The notes beneath the pieces were generated by a model. It ran no database searches, was not told where the DNA came from, and was given only the letters and a program-made list of their open reading frames with translations. The position numbers and the translations under genes were made by a program. This document shows positions 60,244 through 64,000 of a stretch of DNA of 64,000 nucleotides, one piece after another. Numbering within the stretch: position 1 is the stretch's first letter; each line of letters starts with the position of its first letter. This stretch comes from Calothrix sp. NIES-2098 (GTDB lineage: Bacteria; Cyanobacteriota; Cyanobacteriia; Cyanobacteriales; Nostocaceae), in NCBI GenBank assembly GCA_002368175.1, contig AP018172.1:157599-221598 (forward strand), in the 5' to 3' direction.

Positions 60244-61578
60244 ATGGATGTACTAAAACGTCGCATGGGTCTTGAGCAGGAGTTTTTCCTCGTAGATGAA
60301 ACGGGGGATCTCAGTAATCGTGGTGATGAGTTTTTGCAAGGTTGTCACTTGCGAGCAGAAACTCAAGGTTTAAATCCGCAATACTTTGTACCGGAGTTCG
60401 TCAAGAGTATGGTGGAAATCAATACTCCACCAGCATACACAGGCACAGAGCTAGCAACAGAGTATCTGAAAAATCTCAAACTGGCGTTAGCTGTAGCGCG
60501 AGAAATGGGTTTACGGCTGTATCCGCTATCTAGCTACCCATTACATATTATGCCAGTGATGCGCGATCGCCCCAATTATCATATCCAAGCACGGACTGTA
60601 GGCTACGACAGATTTTTGCACGCGGGGAAATGTACAGGTACACACCTACATTTAGAAGTACCGCCGGGAGTAATCAATTCTCGTGTTGCAGTTTCTTATA
60701 ACTCTACAGCCGCCGAGCGAGAGGAACTATTGAATATTTACAACTTGGCGACAGCTTTTGACTCAGCGTTGATTTCTTTGGGGCGGGCTTGTCCTTTTTA
60801 TGAAGGTGAAGCAATTGGGCTAGCCGCACACACAATTCGTTATCGGGGTAGCGAAATCTTCGGCTGGGAGGGAGTATATACTTATTTGCAACCTGTCGGT
60901 GGGCTGATGCCTTATGCCGAGAGTGCGGAAAGCTTAGTTGAGCAGCAATTTGCCCGCTATTATGCTTGGCTGCAAGCCTTAGATAAAGCCGGAATTGAGC
61001 GTCACCTTTTCTTAGAAGCGGGAGGAAGCTTACTGAAATCAGCTTGGAATCCCATCCGCCTGAATAAACTAGGGACTGTAGAAATTAGATGCATCGACAG
61101 CAATTATCCATCAGTGATTATTGGTGTAATTGCACTTTTAGAAAAAGCTGCCCACCGAGTTAGAAGCGACAATTTAAAAGTTAGACCAGCTAAGGAAGTA
61201 TATACTTTTGAACTGGAGGGAAATTACCTATGGGTGCCAGATTTTGAATATTTAAATGGCGAGTTATTATATGCAGCTGCAACAGAGGGAGTGAAGCATC
61301 CTAAAGTTAAAGCTTACGTCGATTCTATTTTGCAGTTTGCCATTACAGATGGCGGCGAAGGTGCAAAGTATTTAACAAAATTGAGAACCCAACTAGACCG
61401 CTATCAAAGTATAGAAGCAGATATTTTGCAAGAATTTACTCCGGCTACTGCCAAACTTACTCGCGATGAAGGTTTGCGTTTGGTCAGGGAGTGTTGCGAC
61501 AAGTTAGAAGCACAAGTTTCATGGTTAGATACTCAACATCCTTTAAAGTCTTTAGATGAAGAGGCTGCATTTTTGTGA
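60244..61578 (+). CDS. Glutamate-cysteine ligase family 2 (carboxylate-amine ligase, YbdK-like)
   Basis: N-terminal GLEQEFFLVDETGDL, and overall GCS2 length and organisation. Confidence 0.55.
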   Translation: MDVLKRRMGLEQEFFLVDETGDLSNRGDEFLQGCHLRAETQGLNPQYFVPEFVKSMVEINTPPAYTGTELATEYLKNLKLALAVAREMGLRLYPLSSYPLHIMPVMRDRPNYHIQARTVGYDRFLHAGKCTGTHLHLEVPPGVINSRVAVSYNSTAAEREELLNIYNLATAFDSALISLGRACPFYEGEAIGLAAHTIRYRGSEIFGWEGVYTYLQPVGGLMPYAESAESLVEQQFARYYAWLQALDKAGIERHLFLEAGGSLLKSAWNPIRLNKLGTVEIRCIDSNYPSVIIGVIALLEKAAHRVRSDNLKVRPAKEVYTFELEGNYLWVPDFEYLNGELLYAAATEGVKHPKVKAYVDSILQFAITDGGEGAKYLTKLRTQLDRYQSIEADILQEFTPATAKLTRDEGLRLVRECCDKLEAQVSWLDTQHPLKSLDEEAAFL

Positions 61579-61645
61579 AATTAGAAAAAAGCGATCGCAT
61601 CTACACTATCATCAAGATGCGATCGCTACCTTAGCCAAAACCCAA

Positions 61646-62116
61646 TTAACCGATATTAACTTTGACCGTTTTTTGCTTCTCTGATGCCAATTTCGGCATT
61701 GTTAGTCTGAGAATGCCATCTTTGTATTCGGCTTGTACCTTGTCATGTTCGATTTGCGCAGGTAAAGGAATAACTCGTTGAAATCTTCCATAGCGGAACT
61801 CAGAACGAGCTATACCTTTTTCTTCAGTCTTAGTTTCCGACTTCCGTTCGCCACTAATAGAAACTGAGTCGACGGTTACTTCTACATTGATATCTTTAGC
61901 TTCTAAGCCAGGAACTTCTAGCTTGAGCAGAATTGCCTCATCAGTTTCTTCCAATTCAGCAGCAGGAACGAAGCCAAATCCAATGCCTTCACCACCATTA
62001 GTTGTTGGCATCAACCTATCAAACAAGCGATTCATTTGCCGCTGTAAAGTATCAATATCGCGAAATGGTTCTAAGCGTTCGATATCCCGGAATGGGTCCC
62101 AACTTACTAGTGCCAT
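61646..62116 (-). CDS. Hsp20/alpha-crystallin small heat-shock protein
   Basis: …WDPFRDIERL…, an alpha-crystallin domain, and …DGILRLTMPK. Confidence 0.85.
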   Translation of the reverse strand: MALVSWDPFRDIERLEPFRDIDTLQRQMNRLFDRLMPTTNGGEGIGFGFVPAAELEETDEAILLKLEVPGLEAKDINVEVTVDSVSISGERKSETKTEEKGIARSEFRYGRFQRVIPLPAQIEHDKVQAEYKDGILRLTMPKLASEKQKTVKVNIG

Positions 62117-62425
62117 ACTATCACCTCATAAGCAGCAATCTTCAATTTTAGGAGGCTCAACATCAAGCTTGTTGGCTGGGGGAAACTTTTAGCTTTTTTT
62201 CTCAATCTTCTCTTTTTTTAAGCTTAATCTTAAGCTTCCTAGTTATTAGATTAAAGCAAGGTTCAAGCATTGGCGGTTCGGTTTTATTGCAAAGATCTAT
62301 AGCAATACCCGTACCTGTTGTTAAGCCTTCACGGATAAGTAATTTTCATCTCTCTTATGGTTTCAGAAAAAGAGAACAGGTGAATTACCAGTTCTCCTTT
62401 TCTCTTTACCTCTTAACCACAAACC

Positions 62426-63082
62426 TTAGCGTAGATTCGCAGGTACATTCTCTGGAACCACCCAGTAATAAACAGTTTTACCATCAACGTTTAATGTTTG
62501 TTGTGGTTTCCAATCACCCATATCAAAAGCGTGAGAAACAATTCGCGTGCCTGGTTTAAGTTCCTTAAATAGTTTGGGGCGGAGTTTCATGTTAACTTCA
62601 GGCAACAAGTAGAGTGTAACTACTGTAGCTTTGCTCAAATCAGTATTAAACAAATCTTGCTGCACAAATTTGACGCGATCGGTTACTCCGGCTTTTTTGG
62701 CATTCTGATTAGCTTCTTCGATGCGTTCGGGGTTAATATCTATACCTACACCTTGTGTACCGAACCTTTGCGCAGCTGTAACTACAATTCTTCCATCACC
62801 ACTGCCAAGGTCATAAAGCACATCATTTTTGCTCACTTTCGCCACTTTCAGCATTGCATCCACTACAGGTTGTGGAGTTGGCACATAGGGAACATCACCA
62901 GCGCGTTCTTGAGGTTGGGTTGTGGTTGTAGTATTTGGTGTTTCGGTCTGCTGCACAGTTACAGCAGGCTGTTCTGTTCTAGATTCTAAGTCTTGCTGTT
63001 GAGCTGTGCATCCAGCAATTCCTAAGCTAGCAACACTGATTCCAGTAACTAATCCCAGCAGAACTTTGGAGAAATTCATCAC
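62426..63082 (-). CDS. Class I SAM-dependent methyltransferase with lipoprotein signal peptide
   Basis: Signal plus lipobox …SLGIAGC. Then a Thr/Gln/Pro-rich linker and a Rossmann MTase motif VLYDLGSGDGRIVVTAA. Confidence 0.6.
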   Translation of the reverse strand: MMNFSKVLLGLVTGISVASLGIAGCTAQQQDLESRTEQPAVTVQQTETPNTTTTTQPQERAGDVPYVPTPQPVVDAMLKVAKVSKNDVLYDLGSGDGRIVVTAAQRFGTQGVGIDINPERIEEANQNAKKAGVTDRVKFVQQDLFNTDLSKATVVTLYLLPEVNMKLRPKLFKELKPGTRIVSHAFDMGDWKPQQTLNVDGKTVYYWVVPENVPANLR

Positions 63083-63123
63083 TGTTTTCCTCTTCGATTT
63101 TGGTATTTGGTACTTTGAATGAT

Positions 63124-64000
63124 TTAGGCTCTACCTTGGCGGTAGCGATTCCATAGCAGTAGTGGTATACCTGCTACTACAACTGCGACACCAACAAGTG
63201 CGCCTACACCCGTATAAACTAAGCTGGAGTAAAGAAGGTAGGCGCAGACTGCACAAAAAAGTAACGGTGTCAAAGGATAAAACGGGACGCGAAACGATCG
63301 CGGAATTTGGGGTTCGCGCTGGCGCAGTACTAGCAGCGATATCCCTGAAAGCAAGAAGAAAAACCAAAACACTGGGGCGGTGTAATCCACCATTGTTTCA
63401 AAGCCTTTGCGGGTAAGCGTACCCAATAAAACCAGTGCTAAAGCGATCGCACCTTGCAAAAGTAAGGCATAGGTAGGAGTGCTGGGTCGTTGTTGCCAGC
63501 GTCCCATAAAGCTAAACAGCGAAAAATCCTGCCCCAAAGCGTAATTAGTCCGCGCCCCCGTAAAAATTGTGGCGTTGGTTGCACCTAAAGTAGAAACTGC
63601 AATCAGCAGACTGACAAAAAAGGCTCCTGGTGCGCCCCAAAGCGATCGCATTAAATCTGCGGCTACAGCTTCAGATTTAGCCATGTTTGCTAACCCCAGC
63701 CCCCGCAGATAAGCCAAATTGATCAGCAGATAAATAACAGTGATAATCCCAATACTAAGTAAAAGCGATCGCAGGATATTGCGTCGTCTATTTTGAATCT
63801 CTGCGGCAATATAAGCTGCTTCGTTCCATCCACCATAGGATAACAGAACAAAGACCATTGCTAGTCCCCAACTACCTGATGGTGAAGATGCAACAGCATC
63901 ACCAGTATTAGGTATAGCAGTCAATCCGATAATTACCACCAGTAACAAACCTAAGACTTTAGCCGCACTCAAAAGATTTTGCGTCCATTTACCTTGTTGC
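63124..64000 (-). CDS. APC-family amino acid permease, C-terminal part. The 5' end lies beyond the window.
   Basis: Polytopic protein with APC-like C-terminal helices. The frame is still open at nt 64000 (…GKWTQNLLSAAKVLG…). Confidence 0.65.
   Translation of the reverse strand, partial: QQGKWTQNLLSAAKVLGLLLVVIIGLTAIPNTGDAVASSPSGSWGLAMVFVLLSYGGWNEAAYIAAEIQNRRRNILRSLLLSIGIITVIYLLINLAYLRGLGLANMAKSEAVAADLMRSLWGAPGAFFVSLLIAVSTLGATNATIFTGARTNYALGQDFSLFSFMGRWQQRPSTPTYALLLQGAIALALVLLGTLTRKGFETMVDYTAPVFWFFFLLSGISLLVLRQREPQIPRSFRVPFYPLTPLLFCAVCAYLLYSSLVYTGVGALVGVAVVVAGIPLLLWNRYRQGRA

Noticed and set aside
1-64000. tRNA, rRNA, tmRNA and RNase P searches
   Set aside because: A visual scan of intergenic regions for the GTTCGAATCC/T-loop, the anticodon-arm context and conserved RNase P or tmRNA boxes found no convincing candidate. 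A proper tRNAscan or cmsearch run would be needed to be sure.

Overview
This window is chromosomal DNA from a filamentous cyanobacterium, most likely Nostocales. The evidence for that is the photosystem II genes psbB and psbT, a CpcS phycobilin lyase, chlP, hemL, a cyanobacteriochrome kinase, abundant HIP1 (GCGATCGC) palindromes and about 40% GC.

Housekeeping genes present are rpsA, holA, recA, hisIE, hemL, chlP, cysA, hpnH (5' partial), a peptide ABC transporter, a Na+/H+ antiporter, an SLH/OprB porin and hsp20. These sit between accessory regions.

(1) An insertion-sequence (IS) pile-up lies next to hpnH. An IS4/IS701-like element and an IS630-family element with a programmed -1 frameshift sit beside a decayed amidinotransferase remnant.

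(2) The most unusual locus spans 14.3-26.7 kb. A PAS-LuxR regulator is transcribed divergently from a 794-aa FG-GAP/cadherin-like/DUF4114-like protein. This is followed by a membrane parvulin-type peptidyl-prolyl isomerase with a duplicated C-terminal domain. Last comes a 2467-aa giant protein carrying six near-identical 351-bp tandem repeats (FG-GAP pairs), two Calx-beta domains, a class-3 lipase (GHSLGG), a DUF11 domain and a DUF4114-like C-terminus.

(3) A photosensory cluster spans 29.0-34.7 kb. It comprises a DXCF-type cyanobacteriochrome GAF histidine kinase, a REC-only regulator and a hybrid kinase. A CpcS lyase and a HEAT-repeat PBS-lyase-like protein lie immediately upstream.

(4) An AT-rich island spans 36.7-39.5 kb. 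It holds a hairpin-containing degenerate tandem repeat array, a NYN + 2xLOTUS RNase-like protein and an orphan 157-aa protein.

(5) Smaller oddities include a YidD homolog with a Cys-rich DCSxx pentapeptide-repeat tail, a lipoprotein-signal SAM methyltransferase, CTGTGGAA direct repeats upstream of an MFS transporter, a MITE-like inverted-repeat element, and a candidate LexA box upstream of recA.

No rRNA, tRNA or CRISPR array was recognised.
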